Assembly: GCF_002113885.1 (NCBI RefSeq)
Contig: NW_018480065.1
Location: forward strand, 570,961-634,960
DNA: 64,000 bases
Direction of reading: 5' to 3'
Origin: Mizuhopecten yessoensis
Taxonomy: Eukaryota
Both the position numbers and the translations under genes were made by a program. The notes beneath the pieces were generated by a model that was not told the origin of the DNA, made no database searches, and saw nothing but the letters and a program-made list of their open reading frames with translations. Below are positions 1-13,667 of the stretch, in pieces; the first letter of the stretch is position 1; every line of letters starts with the position of its first letter.

Positions 1-1186
1 TATTTGACTATTCTATTTTAGTTGAATATGCTGGAATACTTAGCCTCAGACTTTTCCCATGTAAATATTTGAGGTTGATGAGGTCACTTGTTCCAACAGT
101 ACCATTTTTCATTGGAATGAAAAAACTGAAAATCTTGCTGTTTTAATTCAGTGATTGTTTTTCTCAAAAAAATGTTTAACGTCATTTTCAGAAAAGAAAA
201 CAGGAATTTTAGTTAAGACACAGAATATGTTATTCCTATATTCAATACTGTTTTTTCTGTAGATAATAAATAACAAGTTCTGTTTTGTTCATTTTCCCAT
301 CATTTTATTGGCCAAGGAAAATTTCAATACTCATATCACATACTACACATTTTGGCCTCACTTTTTACATCCAGCAAACACTTTGACATGATGAAACATT
401 AGAAAACTTGTACAGCCACAGAAAGACCGTCCTTAGGCCAGTACAAATGGACTGAATAGTCACTGAAATGCACTATTAGCCTAAAAAGTAGATTCAAAAA
501 CAGTATGTGACTATTCCTTTGTTTGGATATATCACCAATATGAGCTTAATTACATCTAGCGGTAGACCTTCAGGAATGACTTTCCCTCTCATTACTAGTC
601 TCACATCAGTCTGTTTCCCTGTTCCACTCCAAGAGACACTGGGATCTGTTCACCCCGACAAGTGCAGGTTTCGCCTTTAGTTCCCCGAACATGAACATTA
701 AATTCCATGTTGTATATATATATCAACAGAAAGTATATGCATTAAAAAGCAATTTATATATACAAGGTACATACAAGGTCTGGTGATCATCTATGCAACA
801 CAGTATAAAAATATACAGCTATATTGTGAAGTAAAACAGTTTTATAATAAAAATGCATTCTCAACACATTCATTTGACGTGACAAACAAAAACAAACGAA
901 TTAATAAATTACATGTATTTTGTCAGGAATGGAGGTTGGGAAGCTATTTAAATGGTACATCCGAACAGTCTCGAGAAATTAAAGTCAAAAATAAAGTTTT
1001 TAAAGCAGAGACACATATTGCGAGCAACTAAATATTGCATTTATGAGGAATAGCTATCCCTGTTTTAAAGAAAGATTCTCTATCACATCTAAGAACACTG
1101 TCCTAAAATTAATAGACCACGTGAACATGTAGAACACAATAGACTGTGACATAAATGTAAAAGAATCGATCTCAGCAGTTTATGCT

Positions 1187-1586
1187 TCAAAAACGATTAG
1201 GATCTGTTAGGAAAAGTACATGAATGCCGTCACATGAATGTTTTACAACAGCTCCTGGGGCCTCAAGCGCGCTGATGAATCTGCTTCTGGTGTCATTATT
1301 AGTTAGTAAATAAGTGATTGTTGTCGCTACATGGTGAAGTGGTGGTATCTTCTGGTTGAATAAGGCGCCTGTCTGGAGGTGTTTGGTAACCTCATTACGG
1401 GATTCGTGTTGAGATGTCAACGTTGCTGAGGTCCAAGGATCAATGCCACGAAAGATGAGATAAGAAGTTGCTAATCTCATTAAACCATCACTGCTGCGAT
1501 TTGAATGACTGCTTCCATCTATTACTTTGGTACTGATGCACCAAATCACGTGTAACAATCCCTCAAGACAAATCTCAAGTTTTTTT
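1187..1586 (-). CDS. Probable terminal coding exon of an unidentified gene (5' end lost in N-gap)
   Basis: Open frame runs from the gap edge (KKLEICLEGLLHVIW...) to TGA at 1187 (...HVLFLTDPNRF*), about 133 codons. It is more GC-rich than the flanks, has protein-like composition and is followed by AT-rich UTR-like DNA. Product not recognised. Confidence 0.55.
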
Positions 1587-1870
1587 NNNNNNNNNNNNNN
1601 NNNNNNNNNNNNNNNNNNNNNNNNNNNNNNNNNNNNNNNNNNNNNNNNNNNNNNNNNNNNNNNNNNNNNNNNNNNNNNNNNNNNNNNNNNNNNNNNNNNN
1701 NNNNNNNNNNNNNNNNNNNNNNNNNNNNNNNNNNNNNNNNNNNNNNNNNNNNNNNNNNNNNNNNNNNNNNNNNNNNNNNNNNNNNNNNNNNNNNNNNNNN
1801 NNNNNNNNNNNNNNNNNNNNNNNNNNNNNNNNNNNNNNNNNNNNNNNNNNNNNNNNNNNNNNNNNNNNNN
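1587..1870. other. Assembly gap (N run)
   Basis: 284 N bases. Confidence 1.
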
Positions 1871-2449
1871 GGGGGCGGGGGGCGTTCAATACGTACAATG
1901 TTTGTGTATAAAGTAAAACTTAGATTTTACATATTTTTACAGAATGATTAATCTTATTGAAGTTAATTGTTTGCCGTTAGGATGAAGAACGTTGCTACCA
2001 TGTGACTAATCCCGTCACTTAATCGGGTTGGTAGCTAGATAAGTTTTGACTGAAACACTCGCCACAGACAGCCTTGTACAACCCCCATACGCGTGTCAGA
2101 TAGACAGTTAATCAATAGTCGTTATATCGGAATGGTTTCCTTGATAGGCTGACGATATTAACATTTACAGTAATATATTGTTATGTTGTTCAAAAATAAA
2201 CACTCGTGATGAAAAGGTTAGTTTAAGATATTGATATAAAGATGTAGCAATATACAGCAAGGAGACCAAAAGTTAACTTCAAGATAAATGTTTTATTTCA
2301 GATATCTGAATTTTAACAATATTTGAATCGGTATAGATTTCGTAATTTTATCACAAAACGTTTGAAAAAAAACCTTCACTTAAGATATCAGAGGATAGTA
2401 TATGGACGAACGCAATCCGATTGCAACAGGGATGCTGTTAATATACACT

Positions 2450-3616
2450 TACTGTATACGTGTGTCGACAACAGTGTAAAATATTTCCTCCCGAGGTAAA
2501 TGTTATTGAACCGGTCAAAAATAATAAATGGATTTTATTCGGAGCCGGAGGAAGTGTTGACTTTCTCAGCGAAGCAGGTATGTCTAAGAGTGAAATATCT
2601 GGTGGTCTAAACGACAAAACTTCAGACAACTCGAACTATGTTCAGTGTAAGACAATAGAGTTGTAACTGTTTTATTATTATTTATTTTTGTGATTATACG
2701 AATTTGTGCTTTAATCATTCTCAGCTGTTTAGCTAAAGTAACATGTTTATTGCATGCACAGAGCTAAATAAACGGGTTTTTGTTTTAGTCAAGTGATTGT
2801 TCTATTTGCTGTGCGTCTTAAAGAGAATGAATCTACCATATTGCTTTTAGAATTCGACTTACAATACAGACGGGTAATGTCTTACTATGATTTATATTAC
2901 GTTTGTTCTGTGAGAATATAGAATAGACAGTCTGGATTAGACAATCTATTATTATGATTCCGACAAGGCTATCACTTCTTTTATTTCATTTTTATGTCGA
3001 CCACAAAGTAAGTTTCCTTACTTTATGGACACTTCGCTGAGCCATTTGGGGGTTCTGATACCGGCTCTGTAACAAGCAAATGAATAATATAAATTCTTGT
3101 ATGAAATGATAAAATAACCACATGTATCATATATTTGTCCGTGATATAGATTTTTTGCGTTTGCGATATTGTTAGCTTTGCAGTAGCAATATTCCAGTCC
3201 GACCCATATCCGCTCAGTATTCTCCATATCTGCCAAGTATTCCCCATATCCGCTCAGTATTCTCCATATCTGCCAAGTATTCCCCATATCCGCTCAGTAT
3301 TCTCCATATCTGTCCAGTATTCCCCATATCCGCCAAGCACGCGCTCTACCTTTTTCATATTCGACTAAACACCTTGGGTAGTAACACATACATTGCATCC
3401 ACTCGATTTGTTTTATTGTTAAATTTATTTTGTGTGCTAAAAGATTTACGATGTGTCTAATATCAAAAAAAGGTCATGCTATGATCATATGCATATCCTA
3501 CAAAATATGTACCTTGTATCAGCCCTCTGTCTATACAGGCCCTCGGGTATCCGGCCCCTCAGGCTAATATAGAGGTCTTGGGTTAGGGGTAGGATATGGA
3601 AATCGCTATATTATAA
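2450..3616 (+). mobile_element. Decayed hairpin-ended tyrosine-recombinase element (left end not located)
   Basis: 2450-2666 reads TVYVCRQQCK...ILFGAGGSVDFLSEAGMSKSEISGGLNDKTSDNSNYVQ, resembling a YR box II region (HSLRAGG...AG...I...Y). There are internal CCCATATCC repeats and a degenerate terminal hairpin at 3492-3598 (CATATCCTA...TAGGATATG). Confidence 0.45.
3203..3337 (+). repeat. Minisatellite, 40-bp dimer of 20-bp units (CCCATATCCGCTCAGTATTC/TCCATATCTGCCAAGTATTC), about 3.3 dimers
   Basis: Directly visible tandem copies. Confidence 0.95.
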
Positions 3617-4750
3617 ATTTTAAATACTTACATTGAATAGTATATGTATTTTTAAGTTGGATGGATTATTATGGTACATGTACACTCTGTATATACACTA
3701 ACGCGTCGTAGAGTATCTTCATTTATTGAATAGAGAGATCTATATATGCTGCACAATGTGTAATGATGTTGTATCTTTCTCGGAAGAAAGTCATGTGCAT
3801 TCATAGTTGAAAACAGTTTACAAGTGAGATAAATCACATTGTATTTCATAATTCGAGATGATAAGAACTGCTGATTCTATACCACTGGGAGACCTATATC
3901 ACTTAACTCATTTTAATTGTAGTCGAAAGGTGCAAGTCCATAGTCTCTGAGTTTTGAACGAGTGTAATATTGTTGAAAAATGACGTTTCGTCCTACAAGG
4001 TTTAATAATAAAAAAAAATGGTCACTGTACATGTACTACGGATTCATTTTGGTTTCGTGCTTTCCTAATATGTAATCAGTACATGTATACATCGATTTAA
4101 CAAAGTTCAAGTTTAAATTCTTAAAACATCTAACCCTACTCTTTCGACTCATTGGTTTCAAAATGCATTTTACATCGAAAGCAAATCACATCATAAATTA
4201 TACACATAACATATGATTAATATGATACCGGATACCGTAGCTAATACAGTTAATTAGTTTTTCTGGTGTCATCCAAGGAAATTGAAAAGCAGACTTACAG
4301 GCGGAGGAAATGAGAAATGGGGATTTCTGCGGGTAATATAATGTATTATGGTCAGCTTTCTACTAACACTGTATAAATTAGCAATGGTGATTGTACAATA
4401 CTATATATGGAAACTATGACGTCAAACAAATATTGATGGATGCTTCCCTTGTGATTGTATACTTAAAGTGATTATACAAATACAAATGAAATATCTAATT
4501 ATCGTCCTTAATAGCTTGCAAAAATTAACCGGAAGTCCTTTACCGTATGCTAATCTTTCTTGAGCTACATTACCATATCTAAATATATAAGGTACATACA
4601 ATTCATATGCACACCGACCAAAGCAAGAACACTAGAAGGACCGCTTGATAAAAATGGTAAAATAAGTTATACACCTTTGCCATCTTTCTTTTTATTTATA
4701 TCAAGCACTTTTCCTATGAAACAAATAATTGTTGGTCCAGAGATAATTTA

Positions 4751-7700
4751 CTATTCAGGCACATTCCGAACCAACGTCTACTGTGTACAGGTACATTCTG
4801 ACCCAAAGTCTACTATATACAGTTACATTCAGGCCTAAATTCTACTGTATACATGTACATTCCGACCCAAAGTCTACTGTATACAGTTACATTCCGACCC
4901 AAAGTCTACTGTATACATGTACATTCCGACCCAAAGTCTAGTGTATACAGTTACATTCCGACCCAAAGTCTACTGTATACATTTACATTCAGACCCAAAT
5001 TCTACTTTATACAGTTCCATTCCGACCCAAAGTCTACTGTATACAAAGACATTCCTACCCAAAGTCTACTGTATACATATACAGTTACATTCAGGCCTAA
5101 ATTCTACTGTATACATGTACATTCCGACCCAAAGTCTAGTGTATACAGTTATATTCCGACCCAAAGTCTACTGTATACAGTTACATTCCTACCCAAAGTC
5201 TACTGTATACAGATACATTCCGACCCAAAGTCTACTGTATACGGTTAGATTCCGACCCAAAGTCTCCTGTATACAGGGACCTCCCGACGCAAAGTCTACT
5301 GTATACAGGTACATTCCTACCCAAAGTCTACTGTATACGGTTAGATTCCGACCCAAAGTCTACTGTATACAGGGACCTTCCGACACACAGTCTACTGTAT
5401 ACATTTAGATTCCGATCCAAAGTCCACTGTATACAGTTACATTCCTACCCAAAGTCTACTGTATCCAGGGACATTCGGACCCAAAGTCTACTGTATACAT
5501 AGACATTCCTACCCAAAGTCTACTGTATACAGATACATTCCGACCCAAAGTCTACTGTATACATTTACATTCTGATCCAAATTCTACTATATACAGGTAC
5601 ATTCCGACCCAAAGTCAATTGTATACATTTAGATTCCGATCCAAAGTCTACTGTATACAGGGACATTCGGACCCAAAGTCTACTGTATACATAGACATTC
5701 CTACCCAAAGTCTACTGTATACAGCTACATTCCGACCCAAAGTCTACTGTATACCGGTACATTCCGACACAAAGTCTACTGTATACCGGTACATTCCGAC
5801 ACAAAGTCTACTGAATACAGGTACATTCCGACACAAAGTCTACTGTATACCGGTACATTCCGACCCAAAGTCTACTGTATACATTTAGATTCCGATCCAA
5901 AGTCTACTGTATACAGGGACATTCCGATCCAAAGTCTACTGTATACAGGTACATTCTGACCCAAAGTCTACTGTATACAAAGACATTCCTACCCAAAGTC
6001 TACTGTATACATTTAGATTCCGATCCAAAGTCCACTGTATACAGTTACATTCCTACCCAAAGTCTACTGTATACAGGTACATTCTGACCCAAAGTCTACT
6101 GTATACCGGCACTTTCCTACCCAAAGTCTACTGTATACAGATACATTCTGACCCAAAGTCTACTGTATACCGGCACTTTCCTACCAAAAGTCTACTGTAT
6201 ACAGGTACATTCCGCTCCAGAGTCTACTTTATACAGGTACATTCCGACCCAAAGTCAATTGTATACAGGTACATTCCGACCCAAAGTCAATTGTATACAG
6301 GTACATTCCAACTCAAAGTCTACTGTATACAGGTACATTCAGATCCAAAGTCCACTGTATACAGTTACATTCCGACCCAACGTCTACTGTATACAGTTAC
6401 ATTCCCTACCCAAAGTCTACTGTATACAGGTACATTCAGATCCAAAGTCCACTGTATACAGTTACATTCCGACCCAAAGTCTACTGTATACATTTACATT
6501 CTGACCCAAAGTCTACTGTATACCGGCACTTTCCTACCAAAAGTCTACTGTATACAGGTACATTCCTACCCAAAGACTACTGTATACAGATACATTCCGA
6601 CCCAAAGTCTACTGTATACAGTTACATTTCCTACCCAAAGTCTACTGTATACAGATACATTCTGACCCAAAGTCTACTGTATACAAAGACATTACGACCC
6701 AAAGTCTAATGTATACATGTACATTCCTACCCAAAGTCTACTGTATACAGATACATTCTGACCCAAAGTCTACTGTATACAGTTACATTCCCTACCCAAA
6801 GTCTACTGTATACAGGTACGTTCTGACCCAAAGTCTACTGTATACAGGTACGTTCTGACCCAAAGTCTACTGTATACAGTTACATTTCCTACCCAAAGTC
6901 TACTGTATACAGATACATTCTGACCCAAAGTCTACTGTATACCGGCACTTTCCTACCCAAAGTCTACTGTATACAGATACATTCCGACCCAAAGTCTACT
7001 GTATACGGTTAGATTCCGACCCAAAGTCTACTGTATACAGGTACATTCCGACCCAAAGTCTACTGTATACAGGGACCTCCCGATGCACAGTCTACTGTAT
7101 ACAGATACATTCCGACCCAAAGTCTACTGTATACCGGCACTTTCCTACCCAAAGTCTACTGTATACAGGTACATTCCTACCCAAAGTCTACTGTATACAG
7201 GGACATTCCGACCCAAAGTCTACTGTATACAGGGACATTCCGATCCAAAGTCTACTCTATACAGTTACATTCCGATCCAAAGTCTACTGTATACAGGTAC
7301 ATTCCTACCCAAAGTCTACTGTATACAAAGACATTCCGACCCAAAGTCTAATGTATACATGTACATTCCTACCCAAAGTCTACTGTATACAGGTACATTC
7401 CGATCCAGAGTCTACTTTATACAGGTACATTCCGACCCAAAGTCTACTGTATACAGGTACGTTCTGACCCAAAGTCTACTGTATACAGGGACCTTCCGAC
7501 GCACCGTCTACTGTATACAGGGACATTCCGATCCAAAGTCTACTGTATACGGTTAGATTCCGACCCAAAGTCTACTGTATACATTTAGATTCCGATCCAA
7601 AGTCTACTGTATACAGATACATTCCGACCCAAAGTCTAATGTATACAGAGACATCCCGACCCAAAGTCTACTGTATACAGGCACTTTCCGATCCAAAGTC

Positions 7701-10678
7701 TACGGTATACAAAGACATTCCTACCCAAAGTCTACTGTATACGGTTAGATTCCGACCCAAAGTCTACTGTATACAGGGACCTCCCGACGCAAAGTCTACT
7801 GTATACAGGTACATTCCGACCCAAAGTCTACTCTATACAGTTACATTCCGATCCAAAGTCTACGGTATACAAAGACATTCCTACCCAAAGTCTACTGTAT
7901 ACGGTTAGCTTCCGACCCAAAGTCTACTGTATACAGGTACATTCCGATCCAAAGTCCACTGTATACAGTTACATTCCGATCCAAAGTCTACCGTATACAG
8001 TTACATTCCAACCAAAAGTCTACTGTATACAGTTACATTCCGACCAAAAGTCTACTCTATACAGTTACATTCCGACTAAAAGTCTACTGTATACAGTTAC
8101 ATTCCGACCCAAAGTCTACTGTATACAGGGACCTTCCGACGCACAGTCTACTGTATACAGGGACATTCCGACCCAAAGTCTACAGTATACAGGTACATTC
8201 CGACCAAAAGTCTACTTTATACAGTTACATTTCGACCAAAAGTCTACTCTATACAGGTACGTTCCGACACAAAGTCTACGGTATACAGGTACATTCCGAC
8301 CCAAAGTCTACTGTATACAGGTACATTCCGATCCAAAATCTACTGTATACAGGTACATTCCGACCCAAAGTCAATTGTATACAGGTACATTCCAACCCAA
8401 AGTCTACTGTATACAGGTACATTCCAACCCAAAGTCTACTGTATACAGGTACGTTCCGACACAATGTCTACTGTATACAGGTACATTCCAACCCAAAGTC
8501 TACTGTATACATGTACATTCCTACCCAAAGTCTACTGTATACAGGTACATTCCGACCCAAAGTCTAGTGTATACAGGTATGTTCCGACACAAAGTCAACT
8601 GTATACAGGTACATTCCGACCCAAAGTCAATTGTATACAGGTAACTTCCAACCCAAAGTCTACTGTATACAGGTACATTCCGACCCAAAGTCAATTGTAT
8701 ACAGGTACATTCCGACCCAAAGTCTACTTTATACAGGTACATTCCGACCCAAAGACTACTGTATACAGGTACGTTCCTACACAAAGTCTACTGTATACCG
8801 GTACATTCCAACCCAAAGTCTACTGTATGCAGGTACATTCCGACGCAAAGTCTACTGTATACAGGCACATTCCAACCCAAAGTCTACTGTATGCAGGTAC
8901 ATTCCGACGCACAGTCTACTGTATACAGGTATGTTCCGACACAAAGTCTACTGTATACTGGGACATTCCGACCCAAAGTCACTTGTATACAGGTAACTTC
9001 CAACCCAAAGTCTACTGTATGCAGGTACATTCCGACGCAAAGCCAATTGTATACAGGTACATTCGGACCCAAACTCCACTGTCTAGGGGTACATTCCGAT
9101 CCAAAGTCTACTGTATACAGGTACATTCCGACCCAAAGTCTACTATATACAGGTACATTCCGACGCAAAGTCTACTGTATACAGGTACGTTCGGACACAA
9201 AGTCTACTGTATACAGGTACATTCCGACCCAAAGTCTACTGTATACAGTTACATTCCGACGCAAAGTCAATTGTATACAGGTACATTCCGACCCAAAGTC
9301 TACTGTATACAGTTACATTCCGACCCAACGTCTACTGTATACAGTTACATTCCCTACCCAAAGTCTACTGTATACATGTACATTCCTACCCAAAGTCTAC
9401 TGTATACAGGTACATTCCGACCCAAAGTCAATTGTATACATTTAGATTCCGATCTAAAGTCTACTATATACAGGTACATTCTGACCCAATGTCTACTGTA
9501 TACAGTTACATTTCGACCCAAAGTCTACTGTATACATGTACATTCCTACCCAAAGTCTACTGTATACATTTAGATTCCGACCCAAAGTCTACTATATACA
9601 GGTACATTCCGACCCAAAGTCTACTGTATACAGGTACGTTCCGACACAATGTCTACTGTATACAGGTACATTCCGACCCAAAGTCTACGGTATACAGGTA
9701 CATTCCGATTCAAAGTCTACTGTATACAGGTACATTCCGACCCAAAGTCAATTGTATACAGGTACATTCCAACCCAAAGTCTACTGTATACAGGTACATT
9801 ACAACCCAAAGTCTACTGTATACAGGTACGTTCCGACTCAATGTCTACTGTATACAGGTACATTCCGACCCAAAGTCAATTGTATACAGGTACATTCCGA
9901 CCCAAAGTCTACTGTATACAGGTACATTCCGACCCAAAGTCTAATGTATACATGTACATTCCTACCCAAAGTCTACTGTATACATGTACATTCCAACCCA
10001 AAGTCTACTATATACAGTTATATTCAGGCCTAAATTCTACTGTATACAAATACATTCCAACCCAAAGTCTACTGTATACATTTACATTCCCTACCCAAAG
10101 TCTACTGTATACATGTACGTTCCGAGCCAAAGTCTACTGTATACAGGTACATTCCGACCCAAAGTCTACTGTATACAGGTATGTTCCGACACAAAGTCTA
10201 CTGTATACAGTTACATTCCCTACCCAAAGTCTACTGTATACATGTACGTTCCGAGCCAAAGTCTACTGTATACAGGTACATTACGACCCAAAGTCTACTG
10301 TATACAGGTATGTTCCGACATATACAGGTACATTCCGACCCAAAGTCAATTGTATACAGGTACATTCCAACCCAAAGTCTAATGTATACATGTACATTCC
10401 TACCCAAAGTCTACTGTATACAGGGACATTCCGACCCAAAGTCTACTATATACAGTTACATTCCCTACCCAAAGTCTCCTGTATACAGTTACATTCCGAC
10501 CCAACGTCTACTGAATACAGTTACATTCCCTACCCAAAGTCTACAGTATACAGTTACATTCCGACCCAACGTCTACTGTATACAGTTACATTCCCTACCC
10601 AAAGTGTACTGTATACAGTTACATTCTGACCCAAAGTCTAGTGTATACAGTTACATTCCCTACCCAAAGTCTACTGTA
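4751..10678 (+). repeat. Satellite array, 32-bp unit ACATTCCGACCCAAAGTCTACTGTATACAGGT, about 185 copies
   Basis: Directly visible. Each unit contains the palindrome CTGTATACAG; 33-bp variants occur near the end. Confidence 0.99.
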
Positions 10679-10725
10679 GAAATCATTTTTGAGTTACTTT
10701 TTTTCATCCATGGTGTCTTGTGTAG

Positions 10726-11704
10726 CAGTATACAATTGTTTCATTGGTACTGGGGGGACAGTCAAATCATTGATCCGAGGTAGCAGGGAAGACCTAGGGA
10801 ACTGTTGCCCAAGGCCGAAGGCCGAGGACAACATTTCCCTAGGTCTTCCCTGCTAACGAGGGTCAAGGATTTGACTGTTCCCCCAGTATCAATGAAACAA
10901 ACGATTTATTACCTGACTCTCTATTTAAGAAACTTGATGAATTCTGCGAGTTAGGATAACTGACTGTATGAAAGGATAGAAGATTTAATTCTACGTAATA
11001 TCTACTCAAAAACTCGTTCAGTTCTTCATTACTGCAGGTTTCGTCGATCATAACACCTTTCTCTGCACAATATTTATCCAAAATATTCACAGCTCCCTTA
11101 ATGACGTTTTTGTACTAAGAGAGTCACTATTATCCATAAGCAATTCCAAATCTTGCTGAGAAACATCCTCAAATCTGACAACAAACAAATCTGTATCCAA
11201 AAGACGCTTGAGTGGGACCGCCGACGGGGAAATTGTCTGCGCACGATTGTCGTGCATGCAACAGTTAGTATTATTACCCAATAGTCTATATAAATTATAA
11301 TTAGACATTTTTGACTGTTTCTGGCTTTTTGTCCAATTTCGGCTTTAGGGGTGAAACAGTCAAAACTGCTTTCCCGGTCAGAGTGAACTGTTACCCGGCG
11401 CGAATTCGATGCGCAGAAATCTCCCCTCGAGAGCCCCTTCAAGCGTTTCGGTGACCGCGACTCAGTGCTGAAGCAATGGCAACATTGCATGCAGCATTGA
11501 TCTAATATTTATTTGGTAATAAAACAATTGTTTCATGGTTATTTGGGGAACAGTCAAAACTATCATCCCTCGGTAGGGGGAGCCCTGTGGAACTGTTTGC
11601 ACTTGGCCTAGCGGTCTCGGGCAAGCAGTTCCCCAGGGCTTCCCCCTACCTCGGGATGATAGTTTTGACTGTTCCCCAAATAGCCATGAAACAGTTGTAT
11701 ACTG
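10726..11704 (-). mobile_element. Non-autonomous Crypton-like (DUF3504 tyrosine recombinase) element with two terminal hairpins
   Basis: Hairpins at 10736-10900 (loop GCC-GAA-GGC) and 11524-11698. Outer ends CAGTATACAATTGTTTCAT / ATGAAACAGTTGTATACTG are inverted, as are the inner edges TTTATTACC / GGTAATAAA. Encloses an ORF remnant. Confidence 0.8.
10985..11176 (-). pseudogene. N-terminal fragment of Crypton/DUF3504 (KCTD1/ZMYM-like) tyrosine recombinase, frameshifted and truncated
   Basis: Restoring one A in the A-run near 11107 gives RFEDVSQQDLELLMDNSDSLSTKNVIKGAVNILDKYCAEKGVMIDETCSNEELNEFLSRYYVEL. This matches the recalled RF..vs.ed.......s.nT......v.....y......eeLn..L..fy.e N-terminus of this family. 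Confidence 0.75.
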
Positions 11705-13667
11705 TCTACGTACAAGTTTTTTTCATCGATGGAATAAAAACTGGGTGAAGTACAGGACAAAAGCCTGTGCGGGAAACTATGTGATTTACCACTACATATG
11801 TATTGAAAATAGTTCCCAACTGATTTTATCAACTTATTACTATGTGTTTGTTTTCCAAAGCTAAAAATGATATCCCATAGATGGAAACCAACATGTGCTT
11901 AAACAATTGTAAGAGTGAACAGAAAGGCTGATTTAACAACCAGAACCTAAGTCAGCATCACTGTTTCACTGTATACAGCTCTAGATCTATGTATTAAGAG
12001 TTATGGCGACTTCTCAGAGGTGTATCATCAATATAAGTTTAAACATTTCAGAACAACAAATAAAAATTAGGTTAACCAGCAGTGTGCTTCATGTGGTATA
12101 TCAACGATGTTTTGTCTTGACAACGACAACTTATTTAATCCTTTCGTCATCTCTGAACGACGTCATTATGGGGCCAGTTCTTGTGCCCGCTTATTTATAG
12201 CTGGTATGGCATATACTTCGATACTAGTACGGTCCAAAAAAGATGGAAATGTGACCCCCTCCCTTTTGTTTTAAATTGCAACAAAATATTTTCCATCGGA
12301 TATAGTTTTATTTACTAAGAATAGAGAAGGAAAATCACAGAAAAAAAGCCACAAATACGTCATGCTTTTTATCGTTGCCTGTAGAATAGCCGGACGAACC
12401 AGACCACATCAAAGTTATAAAATGTTGTTAAATGTCAGTTTTCACAGCTACTGTAAATTGTAGCCTGCTTGAAATGTGTTCCGTTGTGTTTTGATTTACA
12501 CATTTTTAAACATTGAACAAGAAATGTTATTATCATTGGGCCTTAACTAATACCCCGTATTCACCATCTTATAACTAAAGAAAAATGAAAACAAAGGTTT
12601 ACATTTCAATTAAGAAATAACACCTGAATAAAACAGCCATAATTGTTCCTTTTAAAACTGTAGCTATGTAGTCATTGTAGTATTGCCCGTGCTAAAACTT
12701 AGGTTTTCTCTGTTAAGAAATGAAAAACCATTCGGAAATAAGGTGGTTTGATTAGTGGCAATCGTCATTGTTAATTTGTCATTTAAAAACATTTCCTCGA
12801 GGTCGGTTTTTGTTTAAACAACACTTAAGTTCACACGATAGCTTAAGGAGCCATGCACTGTAAAGGGGCCCTTGACTGTAAACTGGCATTGCTGAACGTC
12901 ACTCTTACATGTAACATCCATTCGTGGTCGTAGTATAAATACATACATTTTTTTTCTAACTATGGTAGTTTGTAAATTTTCTTAAAAGAACACGTCTACA
13001 TTTTACGTAATCGGAACGTTAATTTCCGCTCCCTTCATTTGCCATTGTGTATTGTATACAAGATACATAGAACGGCTTGATAAAAAACCTAAACTATAAC
13101 TGAAACCATGTAATAGAACTTTTACTTTGTCGATTTTAACGTAGATTCTAGTATCTATAGAATCTCGAGTTACACCGCCTCACTGCGTGTTTTCCTTACT
13201 CGTTATTTAAATCTAAAGACTAGCAATTAGTTTGCTGATAAAAATAAATTATCGGAACAAAAAACAAAATGTTTCACGAAACTTCTCTGAAACCATAGTA
13301 CATGAGAACTTATCTGCTTACATCAAGAAATGCAACGTTCGTGCGCACGGAAATAAGTCATGCGTTTTTTTACATTGCTCCAGAGTGTATAGATTAGGGA
13401 TTTCCGTCAATAAATTAAACCATTCCAATCGAGAATATTTCGCCTCCGGTGACGCAGTAGAGCATTTATGGAAAAGTTCATTGACGCAAGTACAGTATAA
13501 TGTTATTAGAAATCTCTCATTTTAAACATTATGTTTATATACAGTTTTCTCATCATTAAAGAACCATTACGGTTTTGTTGAGTTAAAGTACAAACGTTTC
13601 CGAGCAATGTTTGAAGTTCATTTCTCTTCAATGTAGACATGAAAGACACATCTTGGTATATTGACAG

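Noticed and set aside
1527-1916. ORFs spanning the N-gap
   Set aside because: Composed of X residues from unknown bases.
4853-10783. Many long ORFs (up to 369 aa) in the ORF track
   Set aside because: Artefacts of a stop-free 32-bp satellite; all three frames give the same peptide.
10697-11732. TTTTTTTCATC.ATGG direct repeat as TSD of the 10726 element
   Set aside because: The copies are offset by about 13 bp from each end and are low-complexity; not a proper TSD.
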